Assembly: GCF_020745735.1 (NCBI RefSeq)
Contig: NC_083426.1
Span: 14,632,001 to 14,696,000 of the forward strand
Direction: 5' to 3'
Length of the DNA: 64,000 nucleotides
Source: Hemiscyllium ocellatum
Lineage: Eukaryota
Below are positions 20,351 through 41,045 of this stretch, one piece after another (within the stretch, counting starts at the first letter, position 1; each line of letters starts with the position of its first letter). Position numbers and translations under genes: made by a program. Under the pieces are notes generated by a model, which saw only the letters and a program-made list of their open reading frames with translations, was not told where the DNA came from and ran no database searches.

Positions 20351-20667
20351 TTAGCCAGAGACTTTTCCCCAGGGCAGGATTGACTGGTATGGGATGTTAT
20401 AGTTTGAAGATATTAGGAGGAAAGTATAAAGGAGATGTCAGAGGTAGGTTTTTCACACAGAGAGTTGTGAACGCATGGATTGTGTTACCAGCGGTGGTGG
20501 TGGAAGCAGAGTCATTGGGGACATTTAAGCAACTGCTGGACATGCACATGGATACCAGTGAGTTGAGGGGTAAGTCGGTTGATACTATATTTTACATTAG
20601 GATTAACTCTCGGCACAATATCGTGTGCGAAAGGGCCTGTTCTGTGCTGTACTTTTCTATGTTCTAT
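20351..20667 (+). mobile_element. CR1 3' fragment present only in arm A
   Basis: RGRFFTQRVVNAW motif and ttctatgttctatg tail; absent at the paralogous sites (~55180, ~61212). Confidence 0.82.
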
Positions 20668-23130
20668 GAAACACACATAGCTCAGTGCTTTGCTTTGTTT
20701 TTGGCAGTGCAGTGAAGTGTTTGGGTGAAGAGAGTAGATTTTCTGTGAAGGGAAAAATATCCCATAACAAGCTGACTTGTGAGTACAGAGTTAGTGACAG
20801 GCCAAACCAGAAGCACTGGGATTAAAAAAAAAACTGAAGAGGATATTTGAATCTCTGTACATTTAAGATCAGAAGAATGATTGCTCCAGGAAGAAGCTGA
20901 CAGTATTCTGTAAGTTATGTAAGCCTACTGAGGTGTTAGGAAAATATTTCCTTTCTCTGGTTTGTCTGCTGTATAAGGAGTGCTTTCGGATACTATACCA
21001 GGGATGCTGGTTTTATTTAGAATTTGAAAATTAGTGTTCTGGGACTTATAGATTTGCTGTTTGTTTGAAAATGTTTGAATCTGTAAATAATTTGGTTTAT
21101 TGTATTTTATCTTCATTTCTCTTGGTTGACAAGCTTTTCTTTTGTTGTTACAACAAACTCTGTAACATCGCATGCTTATGTTTCAGTGTCGGAACACCTC
21201 ATTAAAATGAAAAGAAACAATATATGATGTATCAAACCAGGTTTGAGTCCGGGATCGGGCTTGTCCAGTAATAACAAGAGTTGGGACCATAACAGGTTCA
21301 AAACCCTGCTGTGAAGCTGTGGTAAATGAAACACTTTGGAAAACTATAGGGAGATACACTGTTAATAATGCACTTTTAACAACAGAATACTATTTTGTGT
21401 TTGTAAAATAAAACACCCCAGTTTAAGTTCAGTCAGAGCATTGTGTCCTCTTTTTAAGTGCCTCAGATAATGAGAGATATTGAGGCTTTGAAAGGGGTAC
21501 AGCAAAGACCTTAGATGCTGAGATTATGACTCCCTTCATCGGGTAACATACAACCAAGAGGCACAGTTTCAGAGTAAAAGATCTCCCATTTAAGATGGAT
21601 GCGAGGAGAATTCTCTATCCCAGACAGCAATGTCACTTGGATTAGTTAAAGTGTTCAACAGGTTTTTGATCTACAAGGGAGTAAAATATTATCAGGAGCA
21701 GGCAGGGAAGTGGAAATAAGGCCATAATAAAGATAGCCATGATCTTATAGAAAGCGGAGCAGGCTGAACAAACTCAGAAATTCTATTCCTGTTTCTATTC
21801 CTTACATTCTGATTGATCAACATCTCTGGCTCTGAAAACTTGATTCTACAAATGCGGAACTACAATCGTACAGAACAGCATTTAAAATGTGTAGAATTCT
21901 ATTCAAATATTTTAAAAGGTCTCCACTATGATAATTATGTTTCTTTCTTAGCTTGCGTCTTCCAAATGTATTTTTGTATTTCATTCATTGATGTAAAAGT
22001 GCGTTGCATTGGCAACTTTTTACTTCCTCCATTATTGTCCCTGTCTCTTCTTCAATCAGCGTATTCAATCAGTCTGGCTGTTACTTGTCCTGCCCTTTGA
22101 TGCCTCAGATCCTCTATCGGAAATCCTAACTTGATATTGGCATTGTGAAACAGAAAATGTACATTCTCAAAAGTAAGTGGTTCACCGTTTTTCGGGAGAC
22201 AGTGAGTGGGGATCTGAAAACATAGCGTGATCTCTGCACAGAAATCTGGGGAGTGTTGCTGGCCATCTTAGAATTTCTAAACCAGGGTTCACTGAAAGTT
22301 AGCCTGAAGTGGAACTGAGTGCCAGCTTGAAAGGTTAGGAATTTGCAATGAAATTATTCTGAGACATAAATGGAATCAGAACTAGTCCTCACCCGTCCAA
22401 CTTTCTGTTCACAATCATTAACAAGACCGTCTCCCAGGATTGACAAAATACTACTGGCATGTGATAAACTATGAAATGAATCAATCATTACAGCAAACAA
22501 CTCAAATGTGAAATGAACTCTGATGCCTGTGCACACAGACATAAAAGGAATAAGAGACAGAAAACTGAGCAATTGCATTTCATGATTTTATTATATTATA
22601 TCGTTTTAGAAGCTATTGTAATGAGAAGATTCCAGAGAATAGAAAAGGAAGCTGTGTGATGTTAGGATCACATTTACACCAACTCAGATTTCACTGCAGA
22701 CAACGTCTATCTTCAACAGAAACCTGCATGTCTCTGGAGAGTGTCACAGCTCCAAGAGTTTATCACAGCGAATGTCAGAACCAAGAAAGAACCAAGTAAA
22801 AGTGCTACACAATCAAAGTGTGGGAATAGTTAGACTGTCTCAATGTTCTCATTTCCAATCCAGATCCAGTGTCCTTAATCTGTTTCTATAAAAACCCACC
22901 TTGACAAGGCATTTAATCACATTCATTTGTTATAAGTTAATGTGGAGCACTGCTGAGCACAGTCCACACGCTATTGCCAATGGGATATCTTTATTCAGAG
23001 TCATTCAAGAGATGAAGACTTTACTATGCAGCCATGTGACAACTCAGTGCTGGGGTACTATGTGATCACTGAACATCAACCCGGAAATACCGATCAGGGT
23101 GAGTTTTTAATGAGAACGTAAACGAAGGAA

Positions 23131-31398
<8,268 letters not shown>

Positions 31399-31760
31399 GG
31401 TGCCAGTTGGGTTGGTTCAGAGACTCATCAGAATCTGAAGTGTTGTGTCTGAGCAGCGACATTTATACTGACTGTAATCAAACCGTTTCATTGTCACGAG
31501 GCCTCCGATACGATCATTCAATATGAGAAGTAAATATTAATGTAGTCATGATTGTTTTATCTCAAATGTAATCTCTCATTAATTAAGGGCACTCATTGAC
31601 TTCAGTCATAGTCAATTGCGAAAGTTTGGATTAAAAGCAAAGCTTATTTAGTGTTCTGCAATTAGTGCCTTATCACTGATAATGTAACAATAAATAAATT
31701 TCAAATCAGTTTCAGTCCAATGGTGTTCAAGCTGGAAAATTGCAATCTCTCAAGTTCCAC
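31399..31760 (-). promoter_or_regulatory. Proximal promoter of pepsinogen copy 2
   Basis: TATAAA at 31462-31467; AGATAA near 31557; double GATA at 31670-31682. Confidence 0.75.
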
Positions 31761-32399
31761 ATTATTCGCTTCTGATGGAGCACATGGGCATGACCTGTGA
31801 GTTCTGTAAAGTCCTTCAAGGGCAATTGCATTGTCAGCAATAGCCACAGTGCAAGTTGAGGCCATCTGCTATCAGAATATTGTGTATGTGAAGTGCGTGG
31901 ATTGTCCAACTGTGCGGGGTGCAAATCCTGGTCTCAAGCAAACTTGACCTCTGCAGATTGAAGATAGTCATCTCTGTAAACCAGATGGAATCTTGAAAAT
32001 CTGGGGGACACAAATCACAAAGATGATATAAGATTTCCTCAGGTACACTAAAGTGTGGAACTGATTTCCTCTCACCTTGACCTTTAAGTGTACTATGTCT
32101 TCCTGGGTGGTTTGGGACTGTGAGGAGAAGGTCTGGGTCCTCATTCTCCTAACATGATCCTGACTGGTTCTGCATTCATTGGAATAAAGTCCTTCATCAA
32201 ACATTCATACAGAGGCATCCCATGGTCTTTCTTGTTGGAGTGATCCATGTCCCATTGTATGGAGAACGATGTTAAACTGTCATTTGTGAGTGATGGGAAT
32301 GGTGACTGCTCACATTGCAAATGACCAGTTTTCTTTCAGATAATCTCCTCACTGGTGCACTGCAAACTACAGCAGGGGCTGTTGTTGGCCGTGGCTGCA

Positions 32400-32770
32400 A
32401 TGTAACAAGGGCACAGACAAATAGAAGGAGAGCACAGATGTTCCAGCAAGTCTGGGAACAGCAGCAACATCTAGCAGTTGCTGAACAGCTTCCACAGGAA
32501 GAGGCCACTGCTGAAGCTCCCCTCAGGATGTGCAGGAGGTACAGGAGGCCCAGAGTCTTTTGTTTGTGATGCCATTTCCTTTGGATGTGTGAAGTGCAGT
32601 GTCATCTCAGGCTGAGGGGATCCCAAAACACTGTCACAGAACCATTCCAACTGCTGGATCTGGACCAGTGACATGGAAGGGATAGGTGGCCACCTTATTT
32701 CGGTGTTTCAAGGTGACAGCTGTGGTAAATGTTAATGCTACTGGCTGTTTCCACAAAACTATTCAGAACC
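32400..32770 (+). mobile_element. PIF/Harbinger transposase relic (paralog ~41770-42140 minus)
   Basis: Translates RYRRPRVF..FLWMCEVQCHLRLR..TVTE..LL../GIGGHLISVF.KVTAAANVNATGCF, resembling the HARBI1-family N-terminal KVTAALNFYATGSFQ region; stops and frameshifts. Confidence 0.6.
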
Positions 32771-32774
32771 TCAT

Positions 32775-33120
32775 GGGGTGGCACCGTCACTCAGTGGTTA
32801 GCACTGCTTGCTCGCAGTGCCAGGGACCTGGGTTCGATTCTAACCTTGGGTGACTGTCTGTGTGGAGATTCCATGTTGTCCTCCTGCCTTTGTGTGGTTC
32901 CTCCAGTTGCTCCGGTGTCCCCCCACTGTCCAAGGATATGCAGGTTAGGTGCATGGGCCTGAAAGATTGCGCGTAGCGTCCAGGGATGTGCAGGCTTGGT
33001 GGATTAGCCTTGGTAAATGCAGGGTTACAGGGTTAGGGTGGGGTGCTCTTTAGAGGATCAGTGTAGACCTGGTGGGTCAAATGGCCTCTTTCCACACAGC
33101 ATGGATTCTATAATTCTATG
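32775..33120 (+). mobile_element. V-SINE, older subfamily (paralog 41429-41768 minus)
   Basis: A/B boxes, V-domain, gattctat tail; present in both palindrome arms. Confidence 0.8.
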
Positions 33121-34296
33121 CCTTACAAGGATGGCTGCTGGGGACACGAGAGATACTCTCTGCAACCATGGTTGATGACTCCAATCCTGAGGTTGAGGTT
33201 GGATACAATGCAGCCCAATCGTTGACCAGGGCAATAGTGGAGCAGGTGAGAGTAGAATTCTGGAAGGTAAGGTTATGTCTGTTTGGGGTGACCTTGTAGT
33301 ATACTCCAGACAGGGTGTACTACAGAATGTTAGATGCTGTGCTGTGCTGTGCACAATTGGAGCAGGCAATAAGGGAATGTGATTGACTCTGATGAGCTGG
33401 GAGAATGGTGGGGGCAGATCGCTGAAAAGATTGAGGTGGAGAAATATCACCTTTTGAGAGAAGGTAGCAGAGCAAAGCACAGCAATCCAGGCAGGATTCA
33501 ACTTTCTGAAATAAAACAAAGAACTACAGATGCTAAAGATCTGAAGCAACAGCAGAAATTGCTGGAGACAGTCAACAGTCTGGCTGCATCAGTGGAGGGA
33601 AACCAGAGCTAACATTTCAACTGAGTAACCCTTCTTCAGAACCAGTCAATAACAACTGCTCTGCTCAGGAAAGGACGGAGATAGAAAGAGGATAATTGCC
33701 AACGAACAGAATATCTGTCAGAGGGAAAACACTAGAATCTAATTTTCGGGAAGTCGTTGTGGGGCACTGAGAAATTCTGAATGCAATTAAAGGGTGTCAA
33801 TGTGGTTTTGTGAAATGTAGATCATGTTTTACTTACTGATGGATATTTTTGAGGAAGCAATATCCAACGCAGATAAATGAGAACTCGTGGATATACTGTA
33901 CTTAGACTACCAAGACAAGGGACTCCATTAAAGATTGCAATTCAAAATCGGTGGTTACTGTGTCGAGGCTAAGATATTAGCATAGAGCGAGTATTTGCTG
34001 GTTAATCATGTGCAGAGGGGTGGTATAAATGGGTCATTTTCGGGTGGCAGGATGTGACAAACCGTGTGCCAAAGGAACTCATGTTGGATTGTAAGTGTTT
34101 ACACTTCTTTGAAGGATTTGGATGGAGGTACTGGAAATTGTTAGATTTGCTGATGATAGAAAGATAGCTGTGGAGAGAATTTGAGTAAACATATATGAAC
34201 AAGTGAAGTGAGTAAGCAGGAATTTGGCAGATGGAGTATCATGTGAACATGTCCATGTGGGCAGGAAGGATAGAAAAGCAGCATGTTAATTAAAGG

Positions 34297-34512
34297 TGCA
34301 AATGTGTTGCTGGTCAAAGCACAGCAGGTTAGGCAGCATCTCAGGAATAGAGAATTCAACGTTTCGAGCATAAGCCCTTCATCAGGAATATGAAGGGCTT
34401 ATGCTCGAAACGTTGAATTCTCTATTCCTGAGATGCTGCCTAACCTGCTGTGCTTTGACCAGCAACACATTTGCAGCTGTGATCTCCAGCATCTGCAGAC
34501 CTCATTTTTTAC
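34297..34512 (+). mobile_element. Short Penelope-derived fold-back insertion (86-bp perfect inverted repeat plus 37-nt tail)
   Basis: Arms 34297-34382 and 34390-34475; 13-bp TSD tgttaattaaagg at 34284-34296 and 34513-34525; absent from arm B (~40251-40263). Confidence 0.9.
34354..34389 (-). ncRNA. Minimal type I hammerhead ribozyme motif inside the fold-back insertion
   Basis: ATTC CTGATGA A GGGC ttat GCTC GAAAC GTT^GAAT. Confidence 0.7.
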
Positions 34513-35073
34513 TGTTAATTAAAGGAGAAAGGTTACAAAATACTGAATTATAGAGAGACCTGGTTGTCTTGATACGTGACTTGCAGATACAACAAGTGAT
34601 TTAGGAAGCAAATGAATGTTGTCACCTATTACAAAGGAGTGAAATCTCAATGTGGGGATGGTTTCCTCCCATTGTATTCACTGATGTTTAGAAGAATGAA
34701 AAGTGGTCTTATCGAAACACAAGACCCAGAGAGAATTTGACATGGAGGTTGCTGAAAATATGGGAAATATGAGAAATAGGAGTACAATGTAAAAACGAGA
34801 TGTCTTCCATTTAAAACAGGGATCAGGTGAAATGAAAGTCATACACATGATTATCAACTGTTACCCCATATGATAACCTGTTGCCTCTCCTGAAATGTAC
34901 ATTATTTAACTTACAGTATCTTACTCCAATGCATATCTATTGCATGCACTGACCGAACAAGGGAAGAGAAATCGTTCCGAGCTGTGCATGGCAGAAGGAT
35001 ATATATATTCCAAAGCTGTTACATTGACATGAAGGTCATTTATGATGATGTCACTTGATTCCCACAAGTTAAA

Positions 35074-36473
35074 TTTCAGATATTCAGTATCTGCAGTATT
35101 TTATTATGATCATTTATAGCCTTACTTTTCACATTTCTTTACAATGTTTTGATAATTCACTTGTCATTGACTATCTTAGTGCCTATCTCTAAAGAAAACT
35201 ATGTCAGTTCTGCAGATGGCCCTGTCATGTTCTCATTAACATTATGAATCATTGTGATATGACTCATTGGGATAGTGAGCTGGAAACCAAGCCTCACTAT
35301 TGCCAGAGTCACTACAAAAGTAAAAAGATTTAAAATCAAACTATCCAATGTTTCCAACTATCTTTCAGATTAATGCAGTTTAAAAGAAAAACGCTCATCA
35401 GGTTAATGCACTGGTAACGAAACTGTGGCTTGAAGAGGTGTATTTTGTCCGAGTGTCTTTTAGAAAGAGGTTGGGGAACAGGGGATGAGTAGTCAATGAA
35501 AAGATAAACAAATTGTGAATCCTTGTTTCTTTAAAAAAGTTTGAACGATAGAGGCATCCTGAGTGGGTGTGGTCGAGCTCCTACTGAACCAGCGATTTTA
35601 GGTTCAACTTTCAGCCATAAGCAAGGGTTCTCTGCCACTATTGGGGTTGCATGTGAGACAACATGTGTTCTGAATTTGCCTATTGCCAAGGATGTGTTTA
35701 TGGGATGTTGCTATCGCGGAATAGTTAATTAATAATAGATTTTCTATCCAGTGTTCTGTTAAGTTTTCTCATAGCTTTAAATTATTGTATTGCCTTCTTT
35801 CTTTTGTTGCATTCTAACTATAATGTTTGAATAAATTGTGTTTTGCTTAAATTTTGACCAATCGAATTGCATCTGTAACACAGCACCTCACATTTACCTA
35901 TGAGGTCTTTGTAACATGAGGATGGTCTCACCAGGATCTTGCATTCACATCACATTACAGGCGACCCACTACACTATAAACCCCACACTCTTACATTCTC
36001 ACAGACTCACACTCACACAGACTCTCTCTCTCATGCAGATGCTCTCTCTCAGAGACACACACACGGCGCACACACACACACACACACACACACTCCTTCT
36101 CTACCACACACATGCACACATTCTCTCACTCTCTGTCCCTCACACACGCATGCACACAATAAGTCTACAACCTGTTCTGAGTGATTATAGACTTGGCAGC
36201 GATTGAGGTTTGATCAATACATCACATTGGTTGCGTGACACTTTGATCTATTATTCTAAACTCTTTGCCTTCTGATCCTGCCCCACTAGCTACCCGATGA
36301 AGGAGCTGTACTCTAAAAGCTTGGAATTCCAAATAAACCTGTTGGACTATAACCTGGTGGTGTGTGATTTTTAACTACTTTCATTGAGTGGTAGAGCCAC
36401 AGAAGACTCCAGCACAGAATAAAGGTCCTTTGGCCCATCAAGTCTGCTTTGTTCAGAAATAACCACCTGTTGC
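35074..36473 (+). repeat. 1.4-kb direct repeat S, copy 1 (copy 2 at 58306-59694)
   Basis: tttcag.tattcagtatctgcagt...aaccacctgttgc present at both places; includes an LTR-like fragment, a (CA)n tract and a Penelope tail. Confidence 0.9.
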
Positions 36474-37183
36474 CAAGTGACCAACAGCCTAAACAGCTAG
36501 GCCTAACATGAAATTGGCTAAACATTTTTTGCAAGTATGGTTTGATGGAATGCAAAAAGGCCAAAGTTACTACAGGCTGGAAAGCAAACAAGGAACAGCC
36601 CAGATCTGTGCTCAAAAGAGGAACAGCAAGAAAAGTCATTATATTTGTGTACTTCACAATTTCCGCAAGACCCCTTGGAACCATGAAGTAAACATATCTC
36701 AGAAAGGAGATGGCTGCATCTAGGATGACCTGACTCAATCTCATTTGGTGTGGTCACCCCTGACCTGTGACTTCATTGTTTAAAACCAGAGAACATTCCA
36801 GAAGGGGTCAGCAAGGGGGTAGAGAAGGAACATTTGGTGGCCATTCTGCCAGCCAAGACGCAGCTGGTGGAGACTCTCTGTGAGACATATCTTTGCAGTA
36901 AGAAGATCCTGAGTGCCCTATTGATGGAGCTCAGTGAAGTGGATCCAGCAGACCAGTCAGGTTCACCAGAATGGGTAGTATATGCATTTTCCAGGCAGTA
37001 CATCCGATTTGGGAAAAGGTAACATAATTTGTTACATAACGGTCATTTTGTTAACTTGCAAATGTTTCAATAAAACTAAATTTGAACTATTATTTGCCTT
37101 ATACAATAAGAAAATCAGTGTAAACGTATTGTTTACGCGAAAAACTGGTCCGAGGGTCTGTACAGAATATCTTACAAGCAACT
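36468..37183. mobile_element. Solo LTR-like element (716 bp)
   Basis: Termini tgttgc...gcaact (TG...CA with last base changed), 4-bp TSD cacc at 36464-36467 and 37184-37187; interrupts a CR1 tail (aaccacc|taactatt); internal AATAAA. Confidence 0.7.
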
Positions 37184-37894
37184 CACCTAACTATTATAAA
37201 CTCATCTTTGAGGGCTTAGTCTTCTCATCTTCAGAAATGTAAGAGGACACTTCTGAGGAGCCAGGCATTTCTCTGCAAAGCTGGTGGGGTGGGTAGAGGA
37301 ATCTGCAATGTTAAAGAGAGAGGGCTCACAGCCAGTGGTTCAATGTGGTTTGCTATGACAGCAGAGTTACTGTGAGGGTTGCAGTAGAATGAAGAGTGGT
37401 GTTTACTCAGTTGGTGGGACATGGATGTCTCTGTATTCCTACAAGAACATTCTCTCCTAGCAGGTGATGAGGACACAGATGACATGCAGCCTTCCAGCCA
37501 TAAGGATTCTCTCTGCCCTGCTTTGGGATGTCTTCTCCTGAAAGGAGGAAACGACGAGCAAGGAGTGAGACTAAAGTAGGTGCAACATCTGCTTGTGTTG
37601 CAGCAAGTCGGGGCAGGTGGTGAAGTGCATCAAATGACTGAGGAGGCAGCACGGGGCCATCCAGGATTATTGATGTGGTCGGTTATGGGTGGGAAGAATA
37701 AGCAATGATACATCACACGCAATTGTGAGAGTGGGAAAGCATGCGTCTTGGTGAGAGTTAGGTAAGATGGCCAAGATAGACGGTGCTTGAGGTGGCAAAA
37801 TGACCTTTTTGTGATGACTGAGAGTTAGGCTGGAAGCTGAAGAACAGGAGTAGAATAGTGATCTCAGGTTTGCTACTGGTGCCACGAGACAGTG

Positions 37895-38970
37895 AGGTGA
37901 GAAACAGTCAGTGAGTGCAGCTTAATACATGGCTGCGATGTTGGTACAGGAGGGAGGGCTTTAGATACTTGGACCATTGGGATGCCTTCTGGGGAAGGTG
38001 GGACCTGGATATGAAGGACGGGTTGCACCTGAACTGGAGGGGCACAAGTGCCCTGGGTGAGAGATTTGTTTGTGTGGTTCGGGAGGGTTTAAACTAGTTT
38101 GGCAAGGGGATGGGAACCAGAACTATATATCTGAGAGGTGGATAGATATAGATGGAGCAGTGACAGGATGTCGTGAGTCTACCGGGAAGGTTTTTCATGT
38201 AATGAAACAAAGGGATTGCTTAAAGTGTGTCTGCTTTAATGCAAGGAGGGTCAGAAATAAGAGTGATCAACTTAGAGCATGGATCAGTACTTGGGACTAT
38301 GATGTTGTGGCCATAACGGAGACATGGGTTTCATAGGGGCAGGAATGGTTGCTACATGTTCCAGGATTTAGAACATTTAAAAAGAACAGGGAGGATGGAA
38401 AAAGAGAAGGGGGTGTAGCATTGCTAATGAGAGAGAGCATCACAGCTACAGAAACCATGGGTGTTGAAGAAGGTTTGTCTGCTGAGTCAGTATGCGTGTT
38501 GGTTGGGAACAGCAAGGGAGCAGCCACCTCATTGGTGGTTTTCTACAGACCCCTTAATAGCAGTAGGGAGATTGAAGAACTCATAGGCTGGCAGATTTTG
38601 GAAAAGTGCAATTATAGCAGGGTTGTTGTTATGGGTGATTTCAACTTTCCCAATATTGACAGGAACCTCCTTAGTGCAGATGGTTTGGATGGAACTGTTT
38701 TTGTCAGGTGTGTTCAGGAGGGTTTCCTTACTCAGTATGTAGACGAGGGGAGAGGTCGTTTTGGATTTGGTGCTCGGCAATGAGCCAGGACAGGTGTCAG
38801 ATCTTGCGGTGGGAAAGCACTTTGGTGACAGTGACCACAATTGCCTCACATTTACCATAGCCTAGGAGAGTGAAAGGAGCAGTTGCCAAGGGAAGATATT
38901 TAATTGGGGAAAAGGAAATTATGACACTATCTGACAGGAGTTGGGAAGTACTGTTTGGAAGCAATTGTTC
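37895..38970 (+). mobile_element. CR1 LINE internal fragment: ORF1 esterase end and ORF2 APE endonuclease (decayed)
   Basis: FRYLDHWDAFWGRWDL..DGLHLNWRG (SGNH esterase); CFNARRVRNK..DVVAITETW and VVVMGDFNFPNID (APE); stops and frameshifts present. Confidence 0.88.
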
Positions 38971-39252
38971 CACAGAAAGGGCACAGAGATCAGAATTGAA
39001 TGCAGTACTCCAATGTTCTGTACAGCTGCAGTATGACCTCTCAACATCTATATTCAGTGCACTGACCAATAAACAGAAGTACACCAACTGCATTCTTCAT
39101 TACATAACAAGGGCATTTCAAGGATAATTCAACACATGATGATTTCACAGGAGATTGTGTATTGGATATAAAGAAGTCATGTTGATCATGATGAATTCAA
39201 GATGGAATTGATTTAATCTGATGCATTGGTTAATTCCTCAGTTGTTTCATTA

Positions 39253-39478
39253 AGATTAGATTAAATTACTTACAGTGTGGAAACAGGCCCTTCGGCCCAA
39301 CAAGTCCACCCAGACCCATTCCCTTACATTTACCCCTGCCCCTAACACTACGGATAATTTAGCATGGCCAATTCACCTGACCTGCACATTTTTGGACTAT
39401 GGGAGGAAACCGGCGCACCTGGAGGAAACCCACGCAGACACAGTGAGAATGTGCAAACTCCACACAGTCAATCGCCTG
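39253..39478 (-). mobile_element. HE1/V-SINE lacking its 5' head; head fragment found at 56846-56875
   Basis: Tail and V-domain present, ends just before the B box next to the arm B boundary. Confidence 0.85.
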
Positions 39479-40906
39479 TGACAGAAAGTCAGACAATTTA
39501 ACTTGCAGGTAACAAGTGACATCGTCATAAATGACCTTCATGTCAATGTAACAGCTTTGGTATATATAGATCCTTCTGCCATGCACAGCTCTGAACGATT
39601 TCTCTGTCCTTGTTGGGTCAGTGCATGCAATAGATATGCATTGGAGTAAGATACTGTAAGTTAAATAATGTACATTTCAGGAGAGGCAGCAGGTTATCAT
39701 ATGGGGTAACAGTTGATAACCATGTGTATGACTTTCATTTCACCTGAATATGAGCACATGAATTTGGAGTACAATGAGGTTAATTGATTTTCCTATTCTG
39801 TTCCACCGTGTGAGATCATGGCCAATCTGACTGTGCCCACAAGTACACATCTCCACTGAACTCTGAGGACCATGTTAGTCCAGAATCTGCTTTTGCCTGA
39901 TGCTTTCAAAACTCTACTTTCCTTTGAAGAGACTTTGAAAGATTCATCCCTAATCCCTGTTTTAAATGGAAGACACTACATTTTTACATTGTACTCCTAT
40001 TTCTCATATTTCCCATATTTTCAACAACATCCATGTCAAATTCTCTCTGGGTCTTGTGTTTCAACAAGACTACTTTTCATTCTTCTAAACACCAGTGAAT
40101 ACAATGGGAGGAAACCATCCCCACATTGAGACTTCACTCCTTTGTAATAGGTGACAACATTCATTTGCTTCCTAAATCACGTACTGCATCTGCAAGTCAT
40201 GTATCAAGACAACCAGGTCTCTCTATAATTCAGTATTTTGTAACCTTTCTCCTTTAATTAACATGCTGCTTTTCTATCCTTCCTGCCCACATGGACATGT
40301 TCACATGATACTCCATCTGCCAAATTCCTGCTTACCCGCTTCACTTGTTCATATATGTTTACTCAAATTCTCTCCACAGCTATCTTTCTATCATCAGCAA
40401 ATCTAACAATTTCCAGTACCTCCATTCAAATCCTTCTAAGAAGTGTAAACACTTACAACCCAACATGAGTTCCTTTGGCACACGGTTTGTCACATCCTGC
40501 CACCCGAATATGACCCATATATGCCAACCCTCTGCACATGATTAACCAGCAAATACTCGCTCTATGCTAATATCTTAGCCTCGACACAGTAACCACTGAT
40601 TTTGAATTACAATCTTTAATTGAGCATCTTGTCTTAGAGGTCTAAGTACAGTATATCCACGGGGGTTCTCATTTATCTGCGTTGGATATTGCTTCCTCAG
40701 AAATATCCATCAGTCAGTAAAACATGATCTACATTTCACAAAACCACATTGACACCCTTTAATTGCATTCAGAATTTCTCAGTGGACCGCAATGACTTCC
40801 TGAAAATTAGATTCTAGCGTTTTCCCTCTGACAGATATTCTGTTCGTCCGCAAGTATCCTCTTTCTATCTCCGTCCTTTCCTGAGCAGAGCAGTTGTTGT
40901 TGACTG

Positions 40907-41045
40907 GTTCTGAAGAAGGGTCACTCACTTGAAATGTTAGCTCTGGTTTCCCTCCACTGATGCAGCCAGACTGTTGACTCTCTCCAACAGTTTCTGCTTT
41001 TGCTTCAGATCGTTAGCATCCGTAGTTCTTTGTTTTATTTCAAAA
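40907..41045 (+). mobile_element. Decayed Penelope 3' tail (paralog 33505-33645 minus; related decayed tails near 16086-16180, 19355-19430, 23766-23850, 36288-36380, 58215-58335, 59508-59600)
   Basis: gttctgaagaagggtcactc..gaaatgtt hammerhead remnant followed by a gatgcagccagac...gcatc.gtagttct tail. Confidence 0.65.

Noticed and set aside
20690-21293. Pseudo-exon from short ORFs repeated in three units
   Set aside because: Frames are not conserved between copies and the segment ends like an LTR-type repeat (..gggaccataaca).
36288-36335. Functional hammerheads at 36288, 59508, 7775, 40907 and 61085
   Set aside because: Core or GAAA box is mutated or truncated; treated as decayed remnants.
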